Shown here piece by piece: positions 15,001 to 27,846 of a DNA stretch of 64,000 nucleotides. Source of the DNA: the human T2T-CHM13v2.0 reference genome, Homo sapiens. The position numbers and the translations under genes are program-made. The stretch lies in the NCBI RefSeq assembly GCF_009914755.1, contig NC_060937.1, one strand, 5' to 3'. Numbering within the stretch: the stretch's first letter is position 1; every line of letters starts with the position of its first letter. The notes below the pieces were generated by a model that did no database searches, was not told the DNA's origin, and worked only from the letters and a program-made list of their open reading frames with translations.

Positions 15001-16870
15001 GTTTACGAAGATAACAGGATTAAGAGATTAAAGACAGGCATAAGAAATTATAAAAGTATTATTTGGGAACTGATAAATGTCCATGAAATCTTCACAATTT
15101 ATATTCCTCTGCTGCAGCTCCAGCTGGTCCCTCCATTCGGGGTCCCTGACGTCCAGCAACACTACCTGTAGCCGGGGGAGGGGTGACACAAGTACCTCCG
15201 TGGCCACCATCACTGGGACTGTGGATGGTCAGACCTGAAGCCAGCACAGCTATGGGTTATGCCAAAGGCCCACTGTAACCACTACCTGCTACTACCTATG
15301 TTAGCTGAAGTTCCTAGGGCTCTACAATTAGCAGGCAGTGAAGCCAGCTAGCTTTCTGTCTTTCTCTTCAGGATGGCGAGTTCCTCAGAGCCCCGGGTGG
15401 GTTCAGAGATGCTGTTTAGGAGTCAGCAGCAGTAACTCCAGAACCTGGAGTCAGAAACCTTAGAAATCTACCCGGTGCTCTATTCTACTGAGGGTAAGCT
15501 AGCACTGAAACCATAAGACGAAGTCCTTTCTAGTCTTCCCTCCTCTTTCACCAGGCAGAGGAGTCTCTCCCCATGTCCATCAACATCACAAGACACTGGG
15601 AGTATTGCCATGATTCTGCTGATGTTCACTTAAGACCTAAGGGCTTTGTAGTCAGCTTGTGGTCAATGCTGCCATGCCTGGAATTCACCTTTCAGGGCAG
15701 TGGGCTCCCCTCTGGCCCAGGGCCAGAAATGCCATCCAAGAGCCAACTCTGGAATCAGGGACCCGAAGAGCCCACTTGGTTCACTTCCCCACTGTAGTTG
15801 AGCTGGCACCTCAGCTATAAGACAAAGTCTCCTTTATTCTTCCCTCTCCTTTTCTTAAACAGATGGAGTCTTTCCTCATAGCCACCCATAGCTGTGAATA
15901 TGCTGGGTCACACCTGCAGCCAGTATACCTCAGAGTCTCACCCAAGGCCCACAGCATGTATTACCTGGTTACCGCTGCTGATTATTCAGGACCCAAGGGC
16001 CCTTTAATCAGCAGGTGATGAATCCTGCCAGGACTGGGTACTTCCCTTTAAGATAGTGGGTTCCCCTCTGGCCCAGGGTATGTCTAGGTATGTTGTCTGG
16101 GAGCTAGGGCCTGCAATGGGGGCCTCATGACCCTGCTCAATACTCTATCCTATTGTGGCTGAGCTGGTATCCAAGTTGCAAAACAAGTCTTTACTATTCC
16201 CTCTCCTTTCCTCAAGTGGAAGGTGGGGGTGGTGTTGTCCCTTTTGGAGCTGCTAGCTGTATTGCCTGAAGTTGGGGGAGAGGTGATACAAGCACGCCGC
16301 ATTGGCCACCCTGCCTAGTGTCTCACTAGGTCACATAGCCCCCAAGTCCATTGGCTCTAAGCCCAGCACAGCAAGAGGACTTGCCTAGGAGTTGCAGTGC
16401 TTGTGGCCTAGGTTACCTTTCAAGTTTATTTTAAACCTCAGAGCTCTTTAGCCCACGGTGGTGAGGTTTGCCAAAACTGAAGTTCTGACTGCTGGAACGG
16501 ACGATTCCCCTCTGGCTAAAGCTGATCTAAATGCTCCCTCCATGGGTGTTGGCAGCACTAAGTTTCAAGGCAAAGGCCCATAATTACTGTCCTTTCTCCT
16601 TCCACAAATGTACAAATTCTCTCTCAGTGCCACACAGTCACTGCCAGGGGATAGGGGAGGGGTGATGTTGGCAATTCAAGACTGCCTTTCCTACTCTCTT
16701 CAACGCCTCTGTCAGCAATATGCAGTTAAAACCAGGTACTGTGATTGTTCGCCTGATTTTTGGTTCTTATGAAGGTGCTTTTTTTGTGTAAATAGTTGTC
16801 AAAGTTGGTGTTCCTGTGGGGATGATGATCGGTGGAGGCTTCTATTTGGCTATCTTGCTCTGTCTTCCTC
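9065..16870 (-). mobile_element. Old near-full-length L1 (L1MA-like) lacking its 3' end
   Basis: Minus-strand fragments of ORF2 ([35 protein letters not shown]), ORF1 and a long 5' UTR; many stops and frameshifts. Confidence 0.9.
14226..15161 (-). mobile_element. MER11 (ERVK-class) solo LTR inserted in L1
   Basis: Reverse complement begins tgttgctggacgtcagggacccc as in MER11; perfect 6-bp TSD ctacct at 14220-14225 and 15162-15167. Confidence 0.88.
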
Positions 16871-17754
16871 ATGTTATTTTCAAAATCCATTTTGATTATG
16901 TCGTTTAATTATTGTGTTTATAACATTTATATTTAATGCAATTGTGTTTATATGTTTGGATTTAGATGTGAGAATCTGGAAAATAATAAGTTCTTATATT
17001 TGTGTTATTACAAAAATTTTATAAGATCAAACCTATTTAAAGACATGTCATTATGTCACTTAATTTAGAAATTAGAAAGCTTAAATTTTGAAGAGTTTAC
17101 CCATTGTATATAAAATATAATATTGTACTTAGTTAATTTCTTATAAAATCAGAAGATATATAGCTGCCTTTAAATTAGTATTAACACATTCCAGTGATCA
17201 AAGATTCATCTATTTATCGGAAACAGTACATGAATCTTTTAAAATACAATTTTTACACTTTGTAGTCCAGAATTGTAATGTTAAAGACTCTTTAAATCAC
17301 ACTTCAAAACTTTTAGCTCATAATTATAATAACACAACCTATTATTTAAATGCACTCACTCACATTTTAAAAATAAAAAATACAGTGAACAGCATTTTTC
17401 TTTTAGATATTTTACTAGATTGTTTGGACTAGAATATAACTAGAATGTGTATGTAGCAATAGACATTTTAAAAACTCAAATAACCTACAATTTTCAAACT
17501 GAGAGAAAAAGAAGAACATCAAAAAGAGGAGAAAAGAGCTGGCTTAGGCAACTGTTATCTCTGTAAAGGGCTAATTCTCTTTCTTCTGCAAGGAAAGGAG
17601 ATAAAATTCGATGCAGAAAAACTCATCTGTACACAAATACACAAAAGAGAGTCACTGCAGTTGATTTAAAAATACTCAGGCCCTTCACAATATTTTAAAT
17701 AAACTTCTATTGCTGAAACAACTTTCAAGTAAGGGCATAAGGATAATACAGGGA

Positions 17755-18350
17755 GGTCCCAAATACCCCTTATTTTTCTGTATTGTTAGCATCTTGCATA
17801 ACCATGGTACATTTGTCAAAACTAAGAAAGTAATAATGGTACACTACTATTAAACTTGAGACTATTCATATTTCAGTAGTTTTTCCACTAATGTCTATTT
17901 TCTCTAGGATCCAGTTCAACACAGCACACTGCATTCAGTCATCAATTAAGTTTCCTTAGTTTCCTCTGGTCTGTTACAGTATTTCAATCTTTCCTTGTTC
18001 CCCACGACGTTGATAGTTTTGAGGAATACTGATCAGGTGTTTTATAGAATGTCCTTCAATTTTAGTTTGATTTTTTTTTTTTCATGTTTAGACTAGATTG
18101 GGTTATAGGTTTTGAGAATACCACAGAGGTGAATTGCCCTTCTCATCACAGTATATTGGGAGTATATGCTATCAACATGACTTGATGATATTAACTTTGA
18201 CCACCTGGCCAAGACAGTGTTTCCAGGTTTCTGTACTATGAAGTTACTCTCCTCCTCCCTTTCCATACTCTGTTCTTTGGAAGTTAGTCACTAAGTCCAG
18301 CCCACACTCAAGGAAGGAGGGAAAATAAGCTCCACCTGATGAAGGGGGAC
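17755..18350 (-). mobile_element. L1MC-type 3' end fragment
   Basis: taaccatggtacatttgtcaaaactaagaaa, aagttagtcactaagtccagcccacactcaagg. Confidence 0.7.
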
Positions 18351-18354
18351 GTAT

Positions 18355-18640
18355 TGTGTTAAGCTGAATAACGGTCCCCCAAATATGTTTACATTCTAAT
18401 CTCCTGTCATTGTTCTATAGCAAAAGGCAGTTTTTGCAGATGTGATTAAATTGAGGAACTTGAGTAGGAAGAATATCCTGGATTATCTCAGCAGGCCCAA
18501 TATAATTAATTACAAGGATCCTTGTAAGACGGAGGCAAGGTCAAAAATGACAGAAGGTGATGTGAATACAAAAGCGGAGATTATAGTCATGCGGCCAGAA
18601 GCCAAAAAACAACATAAAAGAGGGTGGAAAGCAGAGAAGA
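18355..18640 (+). mobile_element. MLT1 LTR fragment
   Basis: tttgcagatgtgattaaattgagg...atcctggattat. Confidence 0.65.
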
Positions 18641-18917
18641 CAAGATGTGATATAAAAGCCAAATTTTATATGAAGGTACCAAAATTTGATCAGAATCCCA
18701 AAATCCTTGAAAATAAACTGTAAATTTGACATATAAGGGTCATTTTTTGTTCCTCAGATTGGCAAAAACTGAAAATCAATTATATCTAGTGATGGTGACT
18801 AGGCAGGAATATAAACAGCTGATAGGAATAGAAATTATTCCTTTAGGGAAAGATAATCTGACAACGCATCTTAAAAGTTTAAACAAATTCTTTGATTAAG
18901 CAAGTTCAAAAACCTAG

Positions 18918-19218
18918 TTTTTTTTTTTTTTTTTTTTTATAAAGTGTCACTCTGTTGCTCAGTCTGGAGTGCAGTGACATGATCTTAGCTCACTGCAACC
19001 TCAAACTCCTGGGTTGAAGCAATCCTCTGCCTCAGTCTCCCTGAGTAGCTAGGGCAACAGGCACGAGCCACCGCACCTGGCTAGTTTTAAATTTTTTTGC
19101 AGAGACAGGATCCTGCTATGTTGCTCAGGCTGGTCGCAAACTCCCGGCCTCAAATAATCCTCCCATCTTGGCTTCCCAAAGCGCTAGCATTACAGGTGTG
19201 AGCCACTGCGCCCAGCCT
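18918..19218 (-). mobile_element. AluJ
   Basis: Alu consensus with J-type features. Confidence 0.9.
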
Positions 19219-21056
19219 AGAAATGTTTCCTAGAAATAAAAGCACAAGTTTGTAAACATAAATGTGGAAGGATGTATATGGTGGCATTAACTTAATGCTG
19301 ACTTTTTTGTTCTTAATTTGGCACAAAAAGGTGTTTATAAGTGCTCTACTTGTTTCTGAACATTTATTTCTCCTCATAGTTAATTCCTAAACAAATCTTA
19401 TTCCCTTTACCTACAAAATATGTTCTAGATCTGTTCACTCCTCTCTACCAACATTGTTTTTCCTAGTCAATAAACATAGATCAACCTAATAAAAATTGCA
19501 TAATACTCTTAATTTTGGATATATCATAAATATGCTACCATTGTTTTTTAAGTCTTTTGCTACTATAATTAACAGTATGAATTACAGTGGAGATTTAATG
19601 TTTAACTTCAAAAAGACTCCATAGAGTCTGACGAATGCAAACATATTTACAGTAACTTTTCTTACACTCACTAGATTACTTTGATTTTCGGTTTTATTGG
19701 CAAGAGTGATTCGTGAAAACCATGACTAGATGAACATTGGAGGAAACATTCCCAAGCATTAATCACTTAATTTTAGTTTTGTACATTTTTTTCTGTCTAA
19801 TGTTACCTTTGTTGTAAAATTATCTTTTTTTAAGGAATGCTTTGTAAAGCTTAGTTCTAATATTACAGAATTCATAGTTATGTAATTAATCTCAAAATCA
19901 CTCACCATTGAAGACCCTTGCTATTTTTATTTCCTATAACACGAAGTCTATTATCTCCTTAATAATTTTTAATTTCCATCCTTAGAACTTCTTCAGCTCT
20001 GCTACTTTTTCCTTAAGGCCAGGGTCATAGGCAGCACACTGGTGATAACTCACTGTCTAGAAATATTGCATTTTGTTTACAAAGTTATTTTCTATGTTCA
20101 GCATTTTGCTGGCTGCCTTGGGTACAGTACCTCAATTGAATGTCTACACCTGCATATTTGTGGACATTGAAATCATCTACCATTTTTCAGAGACACTACC
20201 TTGTGATATAAAAAAACAGAAGCCAAAAAAAAAAAAATCCCAAGGAATTTCTGAAGGAGCCTCTCTTCACTACTCTGCTCTTGTTAGAATAATGAGTAAC
20301 ACTGGTATAACATTCTACAATTTACAAGAATATTTATCTGCTTCATGAAACCTCAAAACAAACCTTTGAGACTATCAGGATCCTAACCACTTTACAGATG
20401 AAGATAACTTACATAATAGTTATGGGGTTTCCTGGATCTGACTCCTTTATTCTTCACATTACATTATGTTGCCTTCCCCACAACTAATCAAGGACTCCGT
20501 TTTTTCTTTTTTCTTTCTCGAAACCATTTCCTCCATATTAGTTCCCTTTGGAATAGAAGCCTTTTTAAAAGTCCACCTTAGTATATCTTCAGGGAATCAC
20601 AAATTCACTATGCTATTTATAATTCATGAGTTTCTCTAATGGTATCAAGGCAGCAAATACAGGTGAAGTAATAATTATCCACCTGATAGTACTTAACACA
20701 CATACCCCGTGTAAAAATACTGCTGGTGTACAGTGTGTGTGTTGGTGACGCCGGAGGAAGTGGCCGTGAACAGGCTTAATGCCGCATTGAGTAACTTCAA
20801 CCTCATCTTGCTCAGGTTCATATCTCTCCTGAATTTCCCCTGGTAAGCGCAAGATTCAGGATCCGTTCTCACAGTTTTTTGTTTACCAGTTGATGTTGGC
20901 TGCATTCAGGAACGCCTTGCTCTCTTAAGCCACAGTGCCTTCCTGGTCTCTTCTTCACAGGGTCTTCCACAATCGCTCTTTTTCCTGGGCACGGTGGTTT
21001 GCTGAAAGTCGGGGTGGGGGGCGGGGCGTTCCCAAGTTTCCAGGCCAATTACCTAC

Positions 21057-21490
21057 CTGCCTTAGAGCAATTACGCACTTCTCTCTGGTAGTCCCTGAAA
21101 TGTTCTAATCATCAGATCGCCCCAGCTTCTCCTGACCGTTTCTTGCTTACGGCTCAGTTCAGACAGTATTTGTTCCGGGACGCTCAGCGGGAGGCGGTTT
21201 TTACCGGCTCACTCGAGACCCCAATTCCAGGCGCCCTGCAGCTTCCCTCAGACTCCCCGGGACCGTGTTTGGCCTTCCCATTCGTACGCTGCGGCTGCGC
21301 TTTCCTCTCGTAACACCACGCTGGCGAACCTGGAAAGGATCAAATAGTCCCACTCGCCAACCTAGCGCGGCGGGACCGGCCCAAAAGGGCCTTTGCAGCC
21401 TGCGCATGCGGACTCGGCGGCCGCCACCGACTCCCCGTCTGCTTCCCTCCGGGCGGCAGCCGCGGTTTGGAGCTTGCTGACAGCTCTGCG
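21057..21490 (-). ncRNA. DNAJC3-DT: Possible first exon of the divergent lncRNA (DNAJC3-DT); boundaries uncertain
   Basis: Recall that a divergent transcript exists at this promoter; minus-strand donor CAG|GTAGGT at 21059-21051. Exon structure cannot be established from sequence. Confidence 0.3.
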
Positions 21491-21564
21491 ACCGGCGGGC
21501 GCAGCCTCGTCTCGTGCTTCCACGTTATCCTATCAGGGACGGGGCGGGGCGGCGGCCTCCGCAG

Positions 21565-21583
21565 CCTATCAGCGCGAACCACG
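21565..21583 (+). promoter_or_regulatory. ERSE-like element CCTAT-N9-CCACG
   Basis: CCTAT cagcgcgaa CCACG: exact ERSE spacing with one mismatch to CCAAT-N9-CCACG; DNAJC3 is an established UPR target. Confidence 0.75.
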
Positions 21584-21816
21584 ACCCCGGCGAGCCCGGG
21601 AGGAAAGCCGCCAGAAAGAAGGCGATTGGATGGCGGCGGCGCTCTGGGGCGTAGCGTCGCCCGGGCCCCGCCCACCGCTGCCTTCCTCTGCTGGGCTCCA
21701 GAGCCACTGAGGCCTGAGCGAGAGCCGACGGCGGGCGGGCGCAGCTGCTGCCGGAGCGCCGGCGCGTGCTGGTGGGCCACACACCTTTCCTCCTCTTCAC
21801 TCGCGAGCCCTCGGAC

Positions 21817-21898
21817 ATGGTGGCCCCCGGCTCCGTGACCAGCCGGCTGGGCTCGGTATTCCCCTTCCTGCTAGTCCTGGTGGATCTGCAGTACGAAG
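21817..21898 (+). CDS. DNAJC3: DNAJC3 (P58IPK) coding exon 1, signal peptide
   Basis: gacATGG Kozak context; encodes MVAPGSVTSRLGSVFPFLLVLVDLQYE(G), the recognised P58IPK N-terminus; ends at donor AAG|GTGAGT (intron starts 21899), phase 1. Confidence 0.97.
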
Positions 21899-23817
21899 GT
21901 GAGTCCTGCCCTGCCCCGGCCAGGAAGTGGGCTCCCGGACCAGGCCCCCCGCGCTTTCCCGTCTGCGCCCGGGCGCCTGTCCCGGAGCGGCTCGGGAGGT
22001 GGGGCGAGCGCTGGGGGAGCCCGCGGCCTGGCTTGGGCCTGAGCCCGCGCCCGGTTCCGGGTTTGTCTGGGGAAGAATCGAGGGGACTGGCGGGCCGCGG
22101 GGCCGGGACAGCGGGTTTGGACTAAGGAACCGGGCCGCAGGAGTCGGAGGAGGCGGGGTGCGGGGGCACCGGGCTACGACTTCAGGAAGTCCTGGGACGC
22201 GGAGACTTGGGCAGCCTTTGGGTCCTGGCCTCGCTTGGGACCCTCGCTGGGCGCCTGGGGACACTGTCAGTCATTGGTGCTGGCTGGGAGGAGGCACTAA
22301 GGTGGCCAAAAGACTTCCTTCGCTCTGGAGTTCTTGGGTGGGGAAGGAGTGTCATGTCCGGCTGGGAGTTGGAGGGGACAGTGTTGACTATTTAAAAAGT
22401 GTGTAACCATCCCCATTAAGATGCACTGTCGTGTAGAGAAATTGTTAGTTTGGTGCAATGAGGAGCCGCTGTTGGAATTCCATCTCCCGGACGGCCAGGC
22501 ACTGAGTTTGTGGTTTTACAACTCCCAACATGGTGTCATTCAACGTATGGCTGGCATTACTTTTCCAAGTTCGCTGTAAAAAGGTTCCCTTAAAAAGATA
22601 CGAACGATTAAATTTCACTTCAGTCCTGCAGACTGGAATGTTGGCTACTCCAGAATAGCGAAAATAGAGGGCTGTCCTATCTTAGATGGCAGCGGGGAGG
22701 AGTAAGAATTAAAGTTGATAGTGCCGATTTAACGAATGCTTCTGGCGCGGTTACTGTGCGAAATATTCGAGTGTAATGACACATCACATGCACTGATCTA
22801 TTTTCATCCCCATAAAAAGGGCTAGTTGTCAAGGAGGTCAAATTAAACCTTTGAGTATTCCATTCAAAGGGAGCGAGGAACTAAAAATTGGGAATTGTTT
22901 ATAGTGAATTCTTCTGAAAGTTCTCAACTTTTTTTTTTAAAGTAGTACTCCCCAGTTTTTAGGTGTCACCCATAGCAATGGGCTTTTGCTTTTGCTTCCC
23001 CTGGTAACCATATTTTTTGAACCCCAAATCAGAACACGTAGTGTGGCAACATTGGGACAAAGAATTTGACAGTGAGGCTGCCCCCAGAAAAATCTAGGGG
23101 ATTGGAATTTGAAGGTCTGTACCACTTTAATATGGGTCATATATTCTAGTTCTTTTGCATTTTCAAAAGCTTCATTCCTCCTGCCCCCGCACCCCACCAT
23201 CCCTCATCTGTAGTATTTATCTCCAGTTATCATTAATAATTTATTTTGGACACTTAAGAGAAAGTTGCCTATGTTCTGTTTAATGGTGATTTTTTTTTTT
23301 AAGTTACAGAGATGCACAATTTTGAATGATTGCTTTTCCCACTACTTTTTAGAATTGCTGTTCTGTATATGAGTCTGTAAGGACTCTTAACTCTTCATTT
23401 CCCTCCTGTGGTATTTTCCATAAGAAAACCACATTTGAGAGCTTTTCTGTGTAGGAGGCACTGGTGACATTTCTCAGAGGAGTGCCAGAGTGTCTTCTTT
23501 AGGACCATTGTCTGTGTAAAATAGCAGGGACTTAGTACAGGTAACAGAAAAAGGAAAGAAAGGAGCCTTTCTGTAAGCCATATCTTATTCACGAAAGCGT
23601 GTGGTATTCATTCCTACTTTACAGACCAGGGAACTGAGGCTCCAAAGGTTTTACTAAAGTTCATTTTGTGTGCACGCTGGAGACAGAAGTTAAGTAGTTG
23701 ACAACATCATGTGAGTCCAAGCACTTTTAAGTGATGGCAGCTGAGAAAAAAAATCAGCACTTTTTTTTTTTTTTTTTTTGTAATTAACAAGAAGGTTATT
23801 TCCTGGGAGGTTTAATA

Positions 23818-23979
23818 CAGTGGTTCTCAAACTTGAGTGTGCATCAGAATCGCACATGGAGGGCTTTTTAAAACAGAGTGCTGTACCCCACTTACAGAGT
23901 TTGATTCATTAGGTCTTGATGGGACCTGAAATTTTGCGTTTCTAGAAAGACCCTGGATGACCACACTTGAGAACCACTG
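23818..23979. mobile_element. MER5A (hAT-Charlie MITE)
   Basis: TIRs cagtggttctcaa / ttgagaaccactg; 8-bp TSD gtttaata/gtgtaata. Confidence 0.9.
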
Positions 23980-24199
23980 GTGTAATAAATTATATAGAGG
24001 AGTTAAATTAGGTGTCTGCTATGTATTTGACACTGGATTTGGTGATAGGGATATAAAGGTAAGAACTCTGACTTGAATTAGCAAACCGTTAGCCCCTGTT
24101 TTCCCAAATAAATTGTGTCTGGATTCACTAATCTCATAGTTCTCTGAAAGGCAAATGGTGCTACTGCTAGGCCTGAGGCTTAATAAAATTGTGTTGTAT

Positions 24200-24395
24200 T
24201 AAGGATTTTTGTTAAATAGGTAGGTTTTAGCTGCTCTTGTCACACAAAAAGTAATTATGTGAGATGATAGATATATTAATCTGCTTCACTCTTATTAATC
24301 TGCTTCACTATTGTAACCATTTTATGTGTGTATATCTCATAATACTATGTTGTAAACATCAAATATATACAATACAATTCACTTTTAAAAAAAGA
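24200..24395 (+). mobile_element. L1M 3' end fragment
   Basis: gtaattatgtgagatgatagatatattaat...ctatgttgtaaacatcaaatatatacaat followed by an A run. Confidence 0.65.
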
Positions 24396-25896
24396 AATGA
24401 AGGAGAATGGTTATGAGAGAAGTGAATGTGGAACTAAGAGTGGCACAGGATGGGGAAGAGATAACCTAGTGTTTTTCTGATTTTGAAATATTTGCCTTTG
24501 TTTTCTTCTAGATTTTTCTGTTAATTGTCATCCAGAGACAGAAAGTATATATCATGAATTGAAAGTTTGAGTCTTTTGGCACCCTCCCTTCTCAAAGGCG
24601 TTTGAAAGAGTGAAGTCTAAAGCACTAGATGAGATCGAATTTTTGGAATAGAAAGAAAACTTTAGTAGTATCTGCTTTAGTATTCTCATGTTACAGATAA
24701 GGAAGTTATTTCATTTCTTTGCTAATGGTTTGTCCTCTTGGTGACTTGAGTAGCAACACAGCCTGGGAACGAAACCTTTTTTCTCTTATCATAGTTTTAT
24801 CTCTTTTTCTTCCTTAACATGCTATCTGGACCCAATTTTTCTTTATTTCATTGAGCTGATTAAACCATATATTTTGGCCATGGGGAAAAGAATAGTTGAA
24901 AATATATAGTTGAAAATCTATACGTATAAAATATTGTGATAAGTTTTATTTGAACCATGATAAGTTTTATTTGAACCTAACCTATTAAAGGTATGTTTTG
25001 TCTTTTCTAGGATTTTCTTGACATTATCTAAATAGGGAAAGAATAAAGTAGCAAAAATGAGTGACTTTAAGTAATTTAAATAAATTAAGTATCATAAAAG
25101 GTGGTCACATATTTTCTAGAATTATTTTAAATTCTTTAATAAGATAGGCTGTAGTTAGCAGTAGTATCAAAGTTCCAGTTCTCTTGACATAGTTAGTATT
25201 TGCTGAGAAACTGCCTGGAAATGCAGTGGTTTTCATTCTGTGAGGTAGGGGAAGTTGTTCTGGGAGGGGATGCACTGTAGTAATTAGGTTTTATTTTCCC
25301 ATATGAAGTTAATTAATTGTTGTTAAGTTTAATTTCTACTGCTGTGGTCTCTTTTGATTAGTGTCCTGCAGTTAATCTTTGTTTATATGGAAGTATCATG
25401 GGAACCCATTCACCTGCTCTTCAGAACGCAAACATTTCAACCATAGATTTATTTTTCTTTCCATATCTTTAGAAAGCTACTTAAAAAAATTAAATCTGAT
25501 GAGTTTGTATCATTTGGAGTTCTGGAATATGGAGAAGACTCATTTAATCAGTCAGCAAAGGCTTTTACTAACTATATTGCTCTTTGGTGAGGTATATATA
25601 CGTAGCATAGAACTCATGGCTTTTGCTTTTGAGTTTACAGACCACTTAGGGTTTAAGACATGCATTTGTGAAGCATTCACGTCCTCTTTTTCTCCTTTCC
25701 CGCTTTAGACTGAGTGGTCCATTATTGTAGTTAGTGTACTGCAAATGCCCATTTATTTTCTGGCCCCTGTAATCTTCTGTTTTACTCACCTGCCAAAACC
25801 CAACACTGGTTAAATTCAACTTGGCCAACTGTTTTTATACCTTATAGGTAAACACGGACGGAGGAAAATGGAGACAACTTTGCTGATTAGTCTCAT

Positions 25897-26212
25897 TTAT
25901 CTTTATTTTTATTTTCAATTTTTTTTCGAGACAAGGTCTTGCCCTGTCACCCAGGCTGGAGTGCAGTGGCATGATCCTAGCTCAATGTAGGCTTGACCTC
26001 CTGGGCTCAAGCAGTCCTCCCATCTCAGCCTCCTGAATAGCTGGGACCACAGGTATGCACCACTGCATCCCCTACTAAGTTTTTAAAATTTTTTGTAGGG
26101 ACAGGGTCTTCTATGTTGCCCAGGCTGGTCTTGAACTCCTGGGCTCAAGCAATCCTCATCCCTTGGCCTCCCAAAGTGTTGAGATTACAGGCACGAGCCA
26201 ATGCACCTGGCC
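25897..26212 (-). mobile_element. AluJ
   Basis: Alu consensus; TSD ctgattagtctcattt. Confidence 0.92.
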
Positions 26213-27846
26213 CTGATTAGTCTCATTTTAAAGAAACAATCTCAGTCGCAAATGCACATTAAATACTGCTAACACTCCCACAATTCTTTACTATGTCTAT
26301 TCTTGAAAATCAATATTTCAAACATTTTCCTCCTTTCTGAAGCCTCTAATTTAAACTCTCCTTTCCTCTCTCCCCTACCTCATTCTTTTAGACCTTGTCT
26401 TTACTGAGAAAATGAAAGCCATCACAAGGCAAGTTCTTCTTTCTACCTCAAAATTCACTAGCTTATCTACATTTGTACCTATTCTGCTACTTTTTCTCAT
26501 ATTGAAATACATTAAATGTCTCTATTCCCAGATAAATCTAATCTGTGTACTTACACCCTGGATTCCATTTCCTCTCACCTTCTGAAAATGTTGCTCCTAC
26601 AGTTGTATCTTTGTGCTGCTATAACAAAATACCACAGACTGAGTAATTTATAAAAAAAATTTCAACCTGAATTTTGGAGAGAACATTCAGATAATAGTAG
26701 ATGCTGAACTTCCTGTACTATCTTTCTTTGGCTAGATTCCACTGTCTTCTGTGTTTCTGCTACAAGACTTCTTTTAGACTCTACCCCACCTTGCTAGAGT
26801 CTTGGCTTAGCCTTCTGTTCTTTTTTAGAGAAGAAACTTAGGGCTTTCCTCATTCCTCATATTCTAAGTGCTCCAACCTGAATAACCATCTCTCTCTCTG
26901 GGATTGCTCTCTGGTCTGGGTCTGCCACCGCCTTTGCTTGAACTTTAGTATCTTTGACTATGAGTTCTTGCCTCCTTTAGTCTGGTTCTTCCAGTCTTGA
27001 TTGTAACTCACGTCATACCTTTAACCCCCCACCTTTAAGTTTAAAAAAATCCTTATTTTCTGCTCTCCAAAATATAAGATATTCTAATACTAATTTCAGT
27101 GAAAGACATAGTTGGCTACTCTACCTTTTTCCCTGCCCTTGCTGCTTATTTTGCTGACTTATGATCACTGCTTGTCTAAGGAGAAACCTATTGTCTAATG
27201 CTGATTAGGAAATGGCATGATGTTTGGTTGTCTTACCTCTCTGAAAATAATGTTTACAGACCATGTGGCAAAGGAATAAAAATTACCTGTGGCTCAAAAG
27301 AGAGTGGATTGCAAAAACAGCCAATAATTCGCAAATAATTTGATTTTTCAGATGTGTCTTTATGAATCATTGATCATATGTTTGACTTGATAATTGTTAT
27401 GTATTTTAGATTTTATTCTGATGAATTATAATACGTTTAAGTAAAAAGGCAAATAGTTAAATTCATTCAACAAATATTGCATACCCACTATGTGCGGGAT
27501 ACTGAATTAGGTGATACAAAGAAGAAAAGACAGCTCCTCCTCTCAAACTTGCTTTTGATAAGTTTTGTGGAGTTGGGACTTTGAGAAGCAGGCAAATTGT
27601 GAAAAGCAATATATAGAGAGAGTGATATTGCAAAGTGAAGTCATGTACTTCTGAGTGTGGAAATGCAAAATATAGGAAGATTGAAGGAGCTTTTTTTCCC
27701 TCTCTCAAAACAATACAGTGTGAGGGAAGGTTTCACAAAGGAGCCAGCATTTGAGGGCAGAATCTTTTTTTTTGTTTAACTTTATTTTATTTTAGATTCA
27801 AGATATACATGTGCAGGTTACATGGGTATATTGTGTAATGGTGGGG

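Larger units (their letters stand above)
21150..22400. promoter_or_regulatory. CpG island / TATA-less promoter of DNAJC3, probably bidirectional
   Basis: Very high GC and CpG density around exon 1; GC boxes (GGGGCGGGGC 21541-21550, CCCCGCCC ~21666), NRF1-type TGCGCATGCG 21401-21410, inverted CCAAT (ATTGG 21625-21629) followed by YY1-like ATGGCGGC. Confidence 0.92.

Noticed and set aside
20613-20905. Non-repeat minus-strand ORFs upstream of the promoter as a lncRNA micropeptide
   Set aside because: No recognisable homology or coding signal; cannot be supported without ribosome profiling or conservation data
21201-22406. Many long overlapping ORFs on both strands around exon 1
   Set aside because: Expected in GC-rich DNA with few stop codons; low-complexity R/P/G/A peptides; only the spliced DNAJC3 frame is supported
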